The position numbers and the translations under genes were made by a program. From Candidatus Marinacidobacterales bacterium (GTDB lineage Bacteria; Acidobacteriota; Vicinamibacteria; Marinacidobacterales; SMYC01), in assembly GCA_965237955.1 (NCBI GenBank), contig OZ250169.1, positions 7,776,001-7,840,000 on the forward strand: DNA of 64,000 bases, written 5' to 3'. The notes below the pieces were generated by a model, which made no database searches, was not told the DNA's origin, and saw only the letters and a list, made by a program, of their open reading frames with translations. Shown one piece after another: positions 1 through 11,455 of this stretch; the stretch's first letter is position 1; the number at the start of each line of letters is the position of its first letter.

Positions 1-9
1 TGGGATTTC

Positions 10-1998
10 GTGAACACCCTCGCGATAGGACAGTTCTACGAGATCGGTTACGACATGGAGACCCCCTACAATATCTACGGCGGTCTTCAGGACAACGCGA
101 ACTGGGGAGGACCGGTTAGAACCCGCCACCAGCAAGGCATCTCCAACGAAGATTGGTGGCACGTCGGCGGCGACGACGGCTTCTACACCCAAGTCGATCC
201 CAACGACGCGACGACGATCTACTTCGAGTCGCAGAACGGAGTCTTGCGCCGCCTCGATCTGAGCCGGCTCGAGATCAAGACGATCCGGCCCGAGCCCGAT
301 GAAGGTGAGGCCCGCTACCGTTTCAACTGGAACAGTCCCATTGTTATTTCGCCCCACGATTCGAAGACGATCTATTACGGTGGCAACCGGCTGTTCAAGT
401 CGACGAATCGCGGCGACGAATGGACTCGTACCGCCGACTTGACCAAGAACCTGGGCGAAACGCTGAACGACGACACCCTGTCGCGGAACAACGGCGTCTC
501 GACAATCACAACCATCAGTGAGTCTCCTCTCGTTCAAGGCCTGCTCTACGTGGGAACAGATGATGGCAACATTCAAGTCTCACGAGACGGTGGCGAAAGC
601 TGGAACAACGTCGCGGCCAACTTGCCCGGCGTCCCCCCTGGCATCCACCACGACGGCATACACGAAGAAACGCACGTCACCCGGGTCGTTTCATCCCACC
701 ATGCGGAAGGGCGCGTCTATGCTACCCTCGATGGCCACCGCAACGGCGATTTCGCCACTTACGCGTTCGCGAGCGACGACTACGGTGAAACGTGGCGACG
801 CATCACCACAGGTATCCCCGACGGCCACACGCTGAACGTCATCCGCGAGCACCCGGACAACGGCGCGCTTTTGTTTGCCGGTGGCAAGCGGGGGGTCTAC
901 GTTTCTTTCGACGGCGGCGAGGTATGGCACGAGATGCGCGGTAGCTTTCCCCGGGTGCCGGTCGACGACATCGCGATCCATCCGCGCGACAACGACCTCA
1001 TTCTAGGAACATACGGCCGCAGCATCTGGGTCCTCGACGACATGAAGCCGCTCGAGAATCTGAGCGACGCGGTGCTTGCGGCGAAGCTTCATGTCTTTCC
1101 CATTCGGGACGCGATCAACTACCGCCTCTTCCACTACAAAGGCCACCCGGGCCACAAGGTGTTTCTCGCCAAGAACCCGCCGCAGGCGCTCATCCACTAC
1201 TATTTGAGCGAACCAGAGGCGGTGAAAGTCACCGTGACCGACGCCACGGGCCAGGTCGTCCGTACAATCGAAGGCTCGAACCACGTAGGGCTCAACCGCA
1301 CCAACTGGGATCTGAGATATGACGAAGCGATCCCGACCGAGCCCACGGAGGGCTCCAACCCACCTCCTGGTCTCGAAGAGGGTAGGCAGAATGGAAACCT
1401 CGAGGCGATCAATCTTCTCAGACCGAGAGTCCTTCCCGGTACCTATGCGGTGCGGGTCGAGGCCGGCTCCGAGTCGGCCGAGCGCACGGTCATCGTGACC
1501 GACGATCCAAACGTACGCGCGAGCGACGCCGATCGCCGAGCGCATCTCGATGCTCTTCTCGAGCTTCGCCGGCTCATTTCGGATATGCACGAAGCGCACG
1601 AGCAAGCCGCTGCCTTGACCGAACAGCTCAATGGGCTCGAAGCGACACTCGACGACGCGCCCGAGACGGTCGCGACCGCGTTCGCGGCGGCGAAAACGAG
1701 CGTGTCGGAGCTCGAGCGCTTGCTCTCGCGCGACGAGGGACGGACGCTCACCTTTGGTGGCGCAACCGGACCTTTATACCAACGACTGATGCGTCTCTAT
1801 GGCATCCTCGACACTTACACGGAAGCGCCGAGCTCCCAACGGCAGGCGCAGATCGCGTCGATGTCGAGAGAGCTGAACGAGCGGCTCGATGGGCTGAAGG
1901 CCGTCGTCAGTGGCGAGATCGCCGAGCTCAACCGCGCCATCGAGGAGAATCGGATCCCGCGCATCCGACCACCGACACCGAAAAAACCGACGTCTTGA
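10..1998 (+). CDS. VPS10/BNR-repeat beta-propeller glycosyl-hydrolase-like protein (5' part outside window)
   Basis: Asp-box motifs (SRDGGESW, SDDYGETW, SFDGGEVW), GGLQDN, RFNWNSPI, DLILGTYGRSIWVLDD, C-terminal helical region; frame open to the window start. Confidence 0.85.
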   Translation: MNTLAIGQFYEIGYDMETPYNIYGGLQDNANWGGPVRTRHQQGISNEDWWHVGGDDGFYTQVDPNDATTIYFESQNGVLRRLDLSRLEIKTIRPEPDEGEARYRFNWNSPIVISPHDSKTIYYGGNRLFKSTNRGDEWTRTADLTKNLGETLNDDTLSRNNGVSTITTISESPLVQGLLYVGTDDGNIQVSRDGGESWNNVAANLPGVPPGIHHDGIHEETHVTRVVSSHHAEGRVYATLDGHRNGDFATYAFASDDYGETWRRITTGIPDGHTLNVIREHPDNGALLFAGGKRGVYVSFDGGEVWHEMRGSFPRVPVDDIAIHPRDNDLILGTYGRSIWVLDDMKPLENLSDAVLAAKLHVFPIRDAINYRLFHYKGHPGHKVFLAKNPPQALIHYYLSEPEAVKVTVTDATGQVVRTIEGSNHVGLNRTNWDLRYDEAIPTEPTEGSNPPPGLEEGRQNGNLEAINLLRPRVLPGTYAVRVEAGSESAERTVIVTDDPNVRASDADRRAHLDALLELRRLISDMHEAHEQAAALTEQLNGLEATLDDAPETVATAFAAAKTSVSELERLLSRDEGRTLTFGGATGPLYQRLMRLYGILDTYTEAPSSQRQAQIASMSRELNERLDGLKAVVSGEIAELNRAIEENRIPRIRPPTPKKPTS

Positions 1999-2229
1999 GC
2001 ATGCTCTCGGCAGTGAAAAGTTAATCGATCTCGATCAGCTCTGCAGCGAAGTGCCTTTCGTCGAAGAGAACGTCTTTCCGCACCCGACGTTCAATGTTAT
2101 AGTGATCAACCACCTGCTATAAGACGGTGGCTTCAAGGGTTGTCAATTGGAAATTGACTGTCATCACGTTGCTACCCGCCGATCGCAAGGCGCCGAAATC
2201 GATTCGATAGCGCAAAAAGGAGAAAATTC

Positions 2230-3444
2230 ATGAGCTCACTCGACCGCCGCACTTTCTTGAAAACCACCGCGGCTAGTCTCGCGGTTGTGCCTGCGAGCCG
2301 GGCGCTGGCAGCGCCCTCCGACGAGGACCCTCTGGGTGTGCGCCGCGACTTCCCAATCACCGACACGCTTACCTACCTCGACACTGCCAACCGCGCACCT
2401 TTTCCGATAGCGGTGAGGGATGCCACCGTCGCTTATGCGGACGTGAAGATGCACATGGGTTTCGCCGCCCGCAGGGACCAGATTCGAGAGGAGGCGCGCG
2501 AGCGGTTTGCCGCGCTATTCGGCGCCAAGCCCGAAGAGATCGCCATTCTCTACTCCACGAGCGACGGTGAGAACATCGTCGCCAGCGCTCTCGACCTCGG
2601 AGCTGGCGACAACGTCGTCATCGACGAGCTCCACTTCGTGACGAGCTTCGTCCTGTACCGAGAACTCGAGAAAGAGAAAGGCATCGAGCTCCGTATCGTG
2701 CCTCAGCGAGACGGTCGCTCGGACATGGAGGATTTCGACGCCCGCATCGATGGCAAAACGAAGCTCGTGTCGGTGGCGTGGGTCTCGAATCGTAACGGCT
2801 TTCGCGAGGACGTGCGAGGCTTGGCGGAGTTGGCGCACCGCAAGGGCGCTTTCCTCTACGCCGACGGCGTCCAGGCCATCGGACACTTCCCCACCAGCCT
2901 CACCGAGGAGGGCGTCGACTTCGTCACCACCAACTCGTACAAGTGGCTGTTCGCGAGCTACGGCGCCGCGCCTTTCTTCGTCCGTGAGGAGCTCCTCGAT
3001 CGGATCCGCCCGGACCGCTACGGCCACCAGCAGACCGAGGAGACGCTCGACAACTACCACTACCGACTGCGAACGACGGCGAGAAAGTACGAGTACGCGG
3101 CCCCCGCGTACAACATCGTCTATCAGTTGAACGCGGGCCTCGGGTACTTGAAAGAAGTCGGCCTCCACCGCATCGAAAAGCACACCGTGGCGCTCGCCCA
3201 CGAGCTAAGAGACGGGCTTGCGAGTCTCGGATTCGACCCCTGGACGCCTCCTAAGAACAACTCCCCTATCGTCAGCTTTGCTCACGGACGAGACACTGAC
3301 GAAATGCAGAAGCGCTTCGACAAGGAGGGCATCGTCGTCACCTTCCGCGAGAAGGAGGGTTCGGTGATTCGGGTGTCGGTCTCGCTGTTCAACAACCGAG
3401 CGGATATTCACAAGCTGCTGAAGGTGCTGGAGACGGTCGCTTAG
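2230..3444 (+). CDS. Tat-exported class V PLP-dependent aminotransferase-fold enzyme
   Basis: Twin-arginine signal DRRTFLK; YLDTAN, DGVQAIG, NSYKWL (PLP lysine), IRVSVSLFN; AGGAG RBS upstream. Confidence 0.85.
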   Translation: MSSLDRRTFLKTTAASLAVVPASRALAAPSDEDPLGVRRDFPITDTLTYLDTANRAPFPIAVRDATVAYADVKMHMGFAARRDQIREEARERFAALFGAKPEEIAILYSTSDGENIVASALDLGAGDNVVIDELHFVTSFVLYRELEKEKGIELRIVPQRDGRSDMEDFDARIDGKTKLVSVAWVSNRNGFREDVRGLAELAHRKGAFLYADGVQAIGHFPTSLTEEGVDFVTTNSYKWLFASYGAAPFFVREELLDRIRPDRYGHQQTEETLDNYHYRLRTTARKYEYAAPAYNIVYQLNAGLGYLKEVGLHRIEKHTVALAHELRDGLASLGFDPWTPPKNNSPIVSFAHGRDTDEMQKRFDKEGIVVTFREKEGSVIRVSVSLFNNRADIHKLLKVLETVA

Positions 3445-3496
3445 TGCCAACAAAAACCCGCGAAGATATCGGTCTCGCGTGTCTTGCCGCGTCAAC

Positions 3497-3620
3497 TGGT
3501 TGGAGGAGCCCGCACGGCGCTCTGAAGTTCGGGCGTGAGACCCGGACTCCGGCGATGCAGGCCGGACTCGCCACCCGGCGACTCACTTTCCGCGAGGTAT
3601 TCGTGTGTCTGCCGTCATCC
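3497..3620 (+). pseudogene. C-terminal remnant of a DDE (IS1-like) transposase
   Basis: RSPHGALKFGRETRTPAMQAGLATRRLTFREVF resembles the TPAM-x-AGL C-terminal motif of such transposases; no N-terminal part. Confidence 0.5.
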
Positions 3621-3627
3621 TTATTAG

Positions 3628-5347
3628 GGTTCTCCTGTCGTTTCGGGGGATCTGATTTGTGTTGGAGGGCATGGCCTATGGACGCTGCCGCGATTGTGGA
3701 AAACGCCGGAAACTCCGGGCGAGAGAGGCGTTTAGGGAAAGGTTGTGAGCACGTACAAACGTGGAGCGGCGTTTTCCACAATCGCTTGGAAAACGCTTCG
3801 CGTTTCCCACGAGCGCCCACAGGCCCCTCCTGATATATATACAAGAAAGATTAATTCATATGGAATAAGGAAGGGGGGGCTCGATTAGTGGAGGCTATGG
3901 AAAACGCCCTTCCAGGCTTCGAAGAGAACTCAGTCGTGAGCAAGGTCTGAACGACCAGAACCGTGGGGGCGTTTCCCACAGCCTTGTCTCCCGCTGAGGG
4001 GCAGTGGCATTTGGTGAGGCCCGTGGGTTGAGAGGGTAAGCCATGTGTAGATGCGCATCGGCGAGAACGCTAGAATCTTTTTTTCCGAAAGAGAAAAGAG
4101 CGTTCCCGCGATGCGCGTTACTACGTTAGTCAACAAGCTCATCGGATTGCAAGGCCTGTGGGTCCGAGGTTTCCACTTCCAGGCGGACAAAGCCAGAGTG
4201 GTGGTGGATGTAGTACCACGGAGGAGGAAGCCTCTGTGCGGGATTTGCGGACGAAAGGTCCGCAAGAACAAAGATCGCTACAATCGCTACTGGCGGCACT
4301 TGGACCTGTTCGGAGTCCGGACCTATCTTCGCTACTCGATCCGACGAGTGGTATGTCGGCGGTGTGGAGTGGTCAGAGAAAAGGTGCCTTGGGCAGACAA
4401 GGGAAGCCGCTTTACCAAAAGCTTCGAACAAGAGGTAGCGTGGCTGGCACAGAGGACGGACGTCAGCGCCGTAGCGAACTATTTCCGAGTGACGTGGCGT
4501 TCGGTGCGACGGATCATCCAGCGAGTGGTTGCCGAGCAGCGGGATGAGCGGCGCGAGCTCGATGGATTGCGGGTGATTGGGATGGACGAGATCAGCTACC
4601 GCAAACGCCACAAGTACTTAACAGTGGTAATAGACCATCTCAGCGGCCGGGTCGTCTGGGCGGGAAAGGAGCGCAAGGCCAAGACGCTGCTGCGGTTTTT
4701 CCGCAAGCTCGGACCACAAAGAGCCGCGGAGCTCGAAGCGGTCAGCATGGACATGTGGGAGCCGTACAGAACTGTCGTCGGCAAAAAGGCTCCTCAGGCA
4801 CGGGTGATCTTTGACCGCTTCCACATCGTCAAGCATCTGAACGAGGCCGTGGATAAGACCCGGCGCGAGCTGGTGCGCGAGCTCAAAGGGACTGCCCGGC
4901 GCAACCTCAAGAACACCAAGTTTCCCCTTCTCAAGGCCAAACACAACCGCAGCGCGAAAGACAAACGGGTGCTCCGCGAGCAGGTGCGAGCTAATCGTCG
5001 CCTCTACCGCGCCATGCTTCTGCGCGACAACTTCATGGACCTCTACACCTACAAAACCGAGACATGGGCCAAGAAGTTTCTCCGAGGATGGCTGCGGCGC
5101 GCTATGAGCTCGAGGATAGAGCCCGTCAAACGCGCGGCGAAGATGATCCGCAGCCACTTCGATGGCGTCATCGCGTGGGTCACGTGGAGACTCAGCAACG
5201 GCCGACTCGAAGGAATGAACAACAAAATCCGGCTGCTGAGCCACCGCAGCTTTGGACTCCACTCTGCCGAAGCTCTCATCAGTCTCGTCTACCTAAACTG
5301 TGGCGGTCTCACCCTCGAGAGGATCCACTGAAATGGCAGGAGAGGCC
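3628..5347 (+). mobile_element. ISL3 family insertion sequence, intact
   Basis: Imperfect IRs ggttctcctgtcgtttcgggggatc / gatccactgaaatggcaggagaggcc; flanking direct repeat (c)ttattag at 3620-3627 and 5347-5354 (7-8 bp). Confidence 0.85.
4111..5331 (+). CDS. ISL3 family transposase
   Basis: Zn finger CGICG...CRRCG, VPWA, GMDE, SMDMW, FDRFH, SNGRLEGMNNKI. Confidence 0.95.
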   Translation: MRVTTLVNKLIGLQGLWVRGFHFQADKARVVVDVVPRRRKPLCGICGRKVRKNKDRYNRYWRHLDLFGVRTYLRYSIRRVVCRRCGVVREKVPWADKGSRFTKSFEQEVAWLAQRTDVSAVANYFRVTWRSVRRIIQRVVAEQRDERRELDGLRVIGMDEISYRKRHKYLTVVIDHLSGRVVWAGKERKAKTLLRFFRKLGPQRAAELEAVSMDMWEPYRTVVGKKAPQARVIFDRFHIVKHLNEAVDKTRRELVRELKGTARRNLKNTKFPLLKAKHNRSAKDKRVLREQVRANRRLYRAMLLRDNFMDLYTYKTETWAKKFLRGWLRRAMSSRIEPVKRAAKMIRSHFDGVIAWVTWRLSNGRLEGMNNKIRLLSHRSFGLHSAEALISLVYLNCGGLTLERIH

Positions 5348-5354
5348 TTATTAG

Positions 5355-5633
5355 TAAGCATCCGCGCGATCACGTGCGCCGTGCCGAGCCGGCTGCCGAC
5401 CGCCCCGATCGTGGACGAGCTTCTGGCGGCCTGAGTAACAGTTGATGGCGGAAGCACCACGTAGAGATTGGTGGCGGCGATGTTCTGCTCCTGCGCCTCG
5501 ACGCACATCGTGGCAAAGTCACGGTTCTCCCTTTGCACTTGTTCGAGCTCGCTTGTGAGAGACAATTTCTCCCCCTCGATCGGGTCGCGACTCGGGCACG
5601 ATGGCGCGCGCACCGCGGCACCGCGTCGTCCAT
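5355..5633 (-). pseudogene. Degraded coiled-coil/GAF-type signalling gene fragment
   Basis: ELEQVQRENRDFATMCVEAQEQNIAATNLYV in one frame while the ATG at 5633 is in another; frameshifted and truncated. Confidence 0.4.
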
Positions 5634-5669
5634 AGCGCGGGCCTCAATCGGATTCGGGTAGTGGTCTAG

Positions 5670-6143
5670 TTACACTTTCTCGCCCGTGATCTTGTGCATC
5701 TTGCTGCCGAGCTCCTCGAGCTCATCGGCAAGCGCGTTCAGAAGAAAGTCGAACTCGGTCGCGGAGGGGCGAAAGACGTCGACGAAATTCTCGCCGGCGA
5801 GAAGCGCGTGGAGGCGCGATTTCTGGAGTGCGCTCGAAAGCATGAACTGCATGCCGTGTAATTGCAGGCCCTCGAAGCCCTTCTCACCTGCCCCGCCGCG
5901 TCGGTTCCAAACGACGCTAGCCGCGATCTCGTACAGGCAGGGCTGCCGGTAGAAGGAGAGCTTGACGTCGACGTCGCTCCCGGGATCCAGCCGGCTGTCG
6001 ATCACGATGCAGGCACCGGTCACCGAGAGGTTGGTCAGCTCACCGAAGGCGATCTGCTGGGCATTCCTGAACACCGCCGCGGGCGCGACGTGTGTGGGTG
6101 CCATCCGTCGAATCGTTCGCTGGACGTCGAATCCCTTCTCCAT
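5670..6143 (-). CDS. PilZ-domain protein
   Basis: RxxxR-like RTIRRMAP, NLSVTGACI (D/NxSxxG), ASVVW...HGMQF; sigma-54 promoter upstream. Confidence 0.75.
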   Translation of the reverse strand: MEKGFDVQRTIRRMAPTHVAPAAVFRNAQQIAFGELTNLSVTGACIVIDSRLDPGSDVDVKLSFYRQPCLYEIAASVVWNRRGGAGEKGFEGLQLHGMQFMLSSALQKSRLHALLAGENFVDVFRPSATEFDFLLNALADELEELGSKMHKITGEKV

Positions 6144-6210
6144 GGTTCAGCCTTGCGAGGGCCGGGCGGCTCCCTCCCCACAGAGCGATCGGCCCTTGCC
6201 TGCCACTTGA

Positions 6211-6227
6211 AAGCAAGATACCTGCCA
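6211..6227 (-). promoter_or_regulatory. sigma-54 (-24/-12) promoter for the PilZ gene
   Basis: Minus strand TGGCAGGTATCTTGCTT matches TGGCA-N6-TTGC, about 70 bp upstream of the ATG; IHF-like site at 6232-6258. Confidence 0.65.
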
Positions 6228-6706
6228 CGGCCTAAGCCGTTGCTGTGATGCAACTTAGATCGTTGCGCAAAAAAGCGACTTGTAAGGAATACCGACAGAC
6301 TCTACGGGAAGTTGCTAGGTAACTAGCAGACCGAACACGTCTTAGGTCAAATCAGACCCCGGCGTCAGTTATTCCGACAGTTGACGGCCCTAGAAGGAGG
6401 TCCCCCGCCCCCAATTTCGTCTCTATATGGGATGCGTAGCCGTCGACAATTCCGGGCGAAGCTGATTTGACGCCACGCTTATAGCAAGGCTTCCTGGCAG
6501 GAGAAGAGGCCTGATGATGTCTATCCTCGATGTCCCGAGCTTCGGAGAGATCGGGCCCGAGGGGTAGGTCTTAGACTACGGAAGTCTTGATGCTGTGAGC
6601 TCTTGGCTGCTTCGAGCTCACTCTTTTCCCGCTTGTGCCGCACCTCGCACCTGGATAAAATGCCCTCCGCGTTCGCTAGGTCGATCGCAAATTAGGAGCC
6701 TATTGT

Positions 6707-7912
6707 ATGAACCTCACGCAATTGTTTTACCGAGCCGCAGCAGTACTCGTATACGTGGCGGCAATCGGATGCAACCAGCCGGCGAAATCGGTGACCGAGG
6801 AAGCAACAACTGCCAGTAACGATGGAACGGGCACCCCGCAGTTCCAAGTCGATCCTTTCTGGCCGAAGACGCTGCCGGACGAGTGGCTCATAGGGCGAAT
6901 AGCCGGGATGGCGGTCGACTCGCAGGACCGAATCTTTGCCCTTCAGCGGCCCGGGAGCCTGACTCGGAGCGAGCTCGGCTTGATGCAAGATCCGCCCATG
7001 TCGCTGTGCTGCAGGCAAGCTCCTCCGGTCCTGGTATTCGATGCGGAGGGCAACCTTCTCGACTCTTGGGGTGGTCCGGGGGAGGGCTACGATTGGCCCG
7101 GCACCGAGCACGGCATATTCGTCGACCACAACGACAACGTCTGGGTCGGCGGCGAAGGCATCGGCGACCCAGACACCCTGTTGGACCACAGCGTACACGG
7201 GGAGGACAGCCCGCGGTGCCGCGATCACTTCGTGCTGAAATTCACGAATGACGGCAAGTTCCTCATGCAGATCGGCAAGGCGGGCAGGACCGGCGGCAAC
7301 AACAGCACGGAGTTCCTGGGACACCCGGCAGACATCGAAGTCGATCCCGAGACGAACGAGGTGTTCGTGGCCGACGGCTACTTGAACAAGCGCGTGATCG
7401 TGTTCGATGCGGAGACGGGGGAGTACAAGCGGCACTGGGGCGCCTACGGCAAAGTGCCGGACGAAGCCCCGATGGTCCGGTTCGATCCGGACGCTCCCAT
7501 CTCAGAGCACTTCGGCGATTCTGTGCACGGGATTCGAATCTCCAAGGACGGACTCGTGTATGTAGCGGATCGCGGTAACAGCCGTATTCAGATCTTCCAG
7601 AAGGATGGCACCTACGTGGAAGAGCATTTCATCATGCCAGAGACCCGGCGCGGGCCCGCGAGCGGAACGGTCTCGGATATTGAGTTATCACCAGATGAGG
7701 AGCAGACCTTTCTCTATGTCGCCGATAGCAACAATCAGCGGGTCTGGATCCTGCGACGAAACGACATGGAGATTCTCGATTTCTTCGGCCGCCGCGGACG
7801 CGGCGCGGGTGAATTCCACTGGCTGCACAAATTCGTTGTGGACTCCAAAGGCAACATCTACACCGGCGAAGTGCACATGCAGCGGCGCCTCCAGAAGTTC
7901 GAGGTGCAGTAG
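6707..7912 (+). CDS. NHL-repeat beta-propeller lipoprotein (peptidyl-alpha-hydroxyglycine amidating lyase-like)
   Basis: Lipobox AIGC; VDPFWPK, HGIFVD, VADGY, VADRGNSRIQIF, GNIYTGEV; TAGGAG RBS. Confidence 0.85.
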   Translation: MNLTQLFYRAAAVLVYVAAIGCNQPAKSVTEEATTASNDGTGTPQFQVDPFWPKTLPDEWLIGRIAGMAVDSQDRIFALQRPGSLTRSELGLMQDPPMSLCCRQAPPVLVFDAEGNLLDSWGGPGEGYDWPGTEHGIFVDHNDNVWVGGEGIGDPDTLLDHSVHGEDSPRCRDHFVLKFTNDGKFLMQIGKAGRTGGNNSTEFLGHPADIEVDPETNEVFVADGYLNKRVIVFDAETGEYKRHWGAYGKVPDEAPMVRFDPDAPISEHFGDSVHGIRISKDGLVYVADRGNSRIQIFQKDGTYVEEHFIMPETRRGPASGTVSDIELSPDEEQTFLYVADSNNQRVWILRRNDMEILDFFGRRGRGAGEFHWLHKFVVDSKGNIYTGEVHMQRRLQKFEVQ

Positions 7913-8307
7913 GCGCGGCGACCGATCGTTCAGGCTAGTTCTTTGTCGGCATAATTATTGGTGGAATATTCTCCTCCTGGATGATCTCATTGAAGGCGAC
8001 TACGTCTTCATCAAGAATCTCCTGGAGTTTGTCAAGGTGTATCGCGAGTTTGGTTCAAGCTCCTCAAAACTCTCGTAGGAACCGTCCGTTGGCCGAGCCT
8101 CTGCACCGAGGACAACTCCTAAGACATAAAAGAAGCGAGTATCCAACTGGGGCGGGAAATTGATCATCATATCGGCACCCTTCTCGTATTCTGTTTGTAT
8201 CAGCTGTTGTTCGACCGACGTGAGTTTCTCGCTCAGCTCATCGGCAATCTGAACAACTGAACCGCCCCGGGTTTCCCGGAGACTCCAACTCTTGAGAGGA
8301 TGGAGTC

Positions 8308-9539
<1,232 letters not shown>

Positions 9540-9914
9540 AACAGTCTCCGGAAAACCCGGGGCGGTTCACAACAGGCAGATTCAATTGAAAAGACTGCCA
9601 ACTGTTTCCATCATCGAAGGAAATATACATGCCAAACTCAGTGCCGGCATAAAGGAGCCCTTTACGGTCAGGATCCTCGCGAACAACCCTGACAAAGTGG
9701 TTGGAGGGAATGCCGTTGTTAACCGTTATTAGACACCAGTTCTTGCCGGAATCATTGGTTCTGAAAATGTAAGGCGTAAAATCGTCTTCGCGGTACTTGT
9801 GCACCACTACAAAAGCCCGGCCTGGATCGTGGGCAGAAGGCTCGATCACGTTTGCCGTTCCCCATTCAGGCATTCCCTCAGGGGTGATGTTCTCCCCTCC
9901 CCGGCACGCCAACG

Positions 9915-10032
9915 GACCTTGATTTTTCCTATTGATTCGGGGACGGCGACGCACTTCGGCATCTGGGATGCGGCGAGCAGCGGAGACACGGTACAATTCG
10001 GCCCTGGAGACCTCACGATTACAGAAGACTAG
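9915..10032 (+). pseudogene. Fragment of a phage tail-associated small protein
   Basis: IFPIDSGTATHFGIWDAASSGDTVQFGPGDLTITED* resembles the THFGIWDA...GDT-x-F-x2-G-x-LTITED ending of phage tail proteins. Confidence 0.45.
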
Positions 10033-10041
10033 GAGTGTCTT

Positions 10042-11166
10042 GTGCGTGTCGCAGCCGTGATTGCTGTTCTCTTTATTGCAGTCTGGATGTTTTCTGCGCT
10101 CGTTATGGCAGATGAGCCACTTACGCTAGAGAACAGAGTTTCTACGCTGGAGGCACTGCATGGCATTGATCGTTCAACTCCGACTGCTGAGGAGTCGTCT
10201 ACGGCAACTGGCGTACCACCCACCGCAACTGCGACGAACACGGTAGAACCGGCTGCAACAAACGAGCCGCAGGGCTGCACGGTCCCGGACGGTGCGGATG
10301 TCTGGCACGCGCCGACCGACCACGAGCATGGTGACGCGCCGCCGCAATGGGCCGACGACTGGAGTTGCGCGCAGTTCGGGCATCACGTCATCTACGGCCG
10401 TGACGAGCAGACGCCGGACGAGAATCTGTACAAGCACATAGCGTTCAAGGGCTATGGCTGGACGGCGATGGCGGACAACGGCGTGCCGGTTGATCTCTAC
10501 TTGCGGTTGCACATGCAGACCAACCCGCTGGGACGGGCGGCGCGGTACCACAGCTACGAACTGTACGCAGGCATCAACGGGGATGTCGTCGGCTTCTGGC
10601 AGGGCTGGCTCGACTTCGGGCCGTCGCCGGATGCGCGGGACTCCTTTGCCGACGACCACCTCTGGCTTATCATCCCGCGGTACGACCCCGCCAACCACAT
10701 GGTCGGCTTCGACCCGGCCAGTAATCCGTTCTACGAGCCGAGCTATTCGGGGCGTGAGTTCTGGTACTCGCAATTGGCGACGGATGGCGGCTGGGAGCCG
10801 GTCATCATTGTCGATGTCTACGATCCGACCACCTACTACAGCGTTGGGGAATCGACCGATCCGCAGACGTGGCAGACCACGGGTGACTACGGACTGGACC
10901 GGAACGTGACGCTACGCTGGATAGCCGCTGGCTCGACGGTCGTAACGGTATCCGGGCAGCCCTATCTGAATCGCAACATGGACGACCCACGCGGCTGGTT
11001 CTGCGCTACGCCGACGGGGACGATCACCTCGGCCGGCTTGGAGGTCTGTGCGGCGGGCAGCCTGCCGCAGTACATCGCGCAAGCCATGCCGACGATAGGC
11101 GATACCAGCGAGCGAGCGGAGTACCGCAACCAGTGGGCGTGCCCGACATGCTCGCTCCCGAACTAA
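10042..11166 (+). CDS. Secreted hypothetical protein with His-rich motif
   Basis: AGGAG RBS, signal peptide, Thr/Pro linker, WHAPTDHEHGDAPP, strong coding bias. Confidence 0.75.
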   Translation: MRVAAVIAVLFIAVWMFSALVMADEPLTLENRVSTLEALHGIDRSTPTAEESSTATGVPPTATATNTVEPAATNEPQGCTVPDGADVWHAPTDHEHGDAPPQWADDWSCAQFGHHVIYGRDEQTPDENLYKHIAFKGYGWTAMADNGVPVDLYLRLHMQTNPLGRAARYHSYELYAGINGDVVGFWQGWLDFGPSPDARDSFADDHLWLIIPRYDPANHMVGFDPASNPFYEPSYSGREFWYSQLATDGGWEPVIIVDVYDPTTYYSVGESTDPQTWQTTGDYGLDRNVTLRWIAAGSTVVTVSGQPYLNRNMDDPRGWFCATPTGTITSAGLEVCAAGSLPQYIAQAMPTIGDTSERAEYRNQWACPTCSLPN

Positions 11167-11455
11167 TGGGGTAGCCTGTGACGCAATTCTTCACGAGCTT
11201 TGATGACAGTCCTGCGCTCTCGGAAGAGTGGCATACCACTGATGGTGCGTTCTCCATCGAGACGACAGGGCTGCCCCCCCTCCTCCTCCGAAACAATCCG
11301 CCCGGCGGGAGACACTCCTCAACCCGCCTTCCCCTGTTTGCTCGAGTTCTGCTACCCTCACCGGGACTCAAATCGGACTGCACAGCCCTATCCTCGCGGG
11401 AAAAATTCGAGCGGGTCGGCGATGGACACCTATGAATTTTCCTATCCTTTTTTCG

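Noticed and set aside
11350-11385. Sequence resembling the reverse complement of a tRNA 3' end (att-like)
   Set aside because: T-loop degenerate (GATTTGA), no CCA, no cloverleaf; too weak to call
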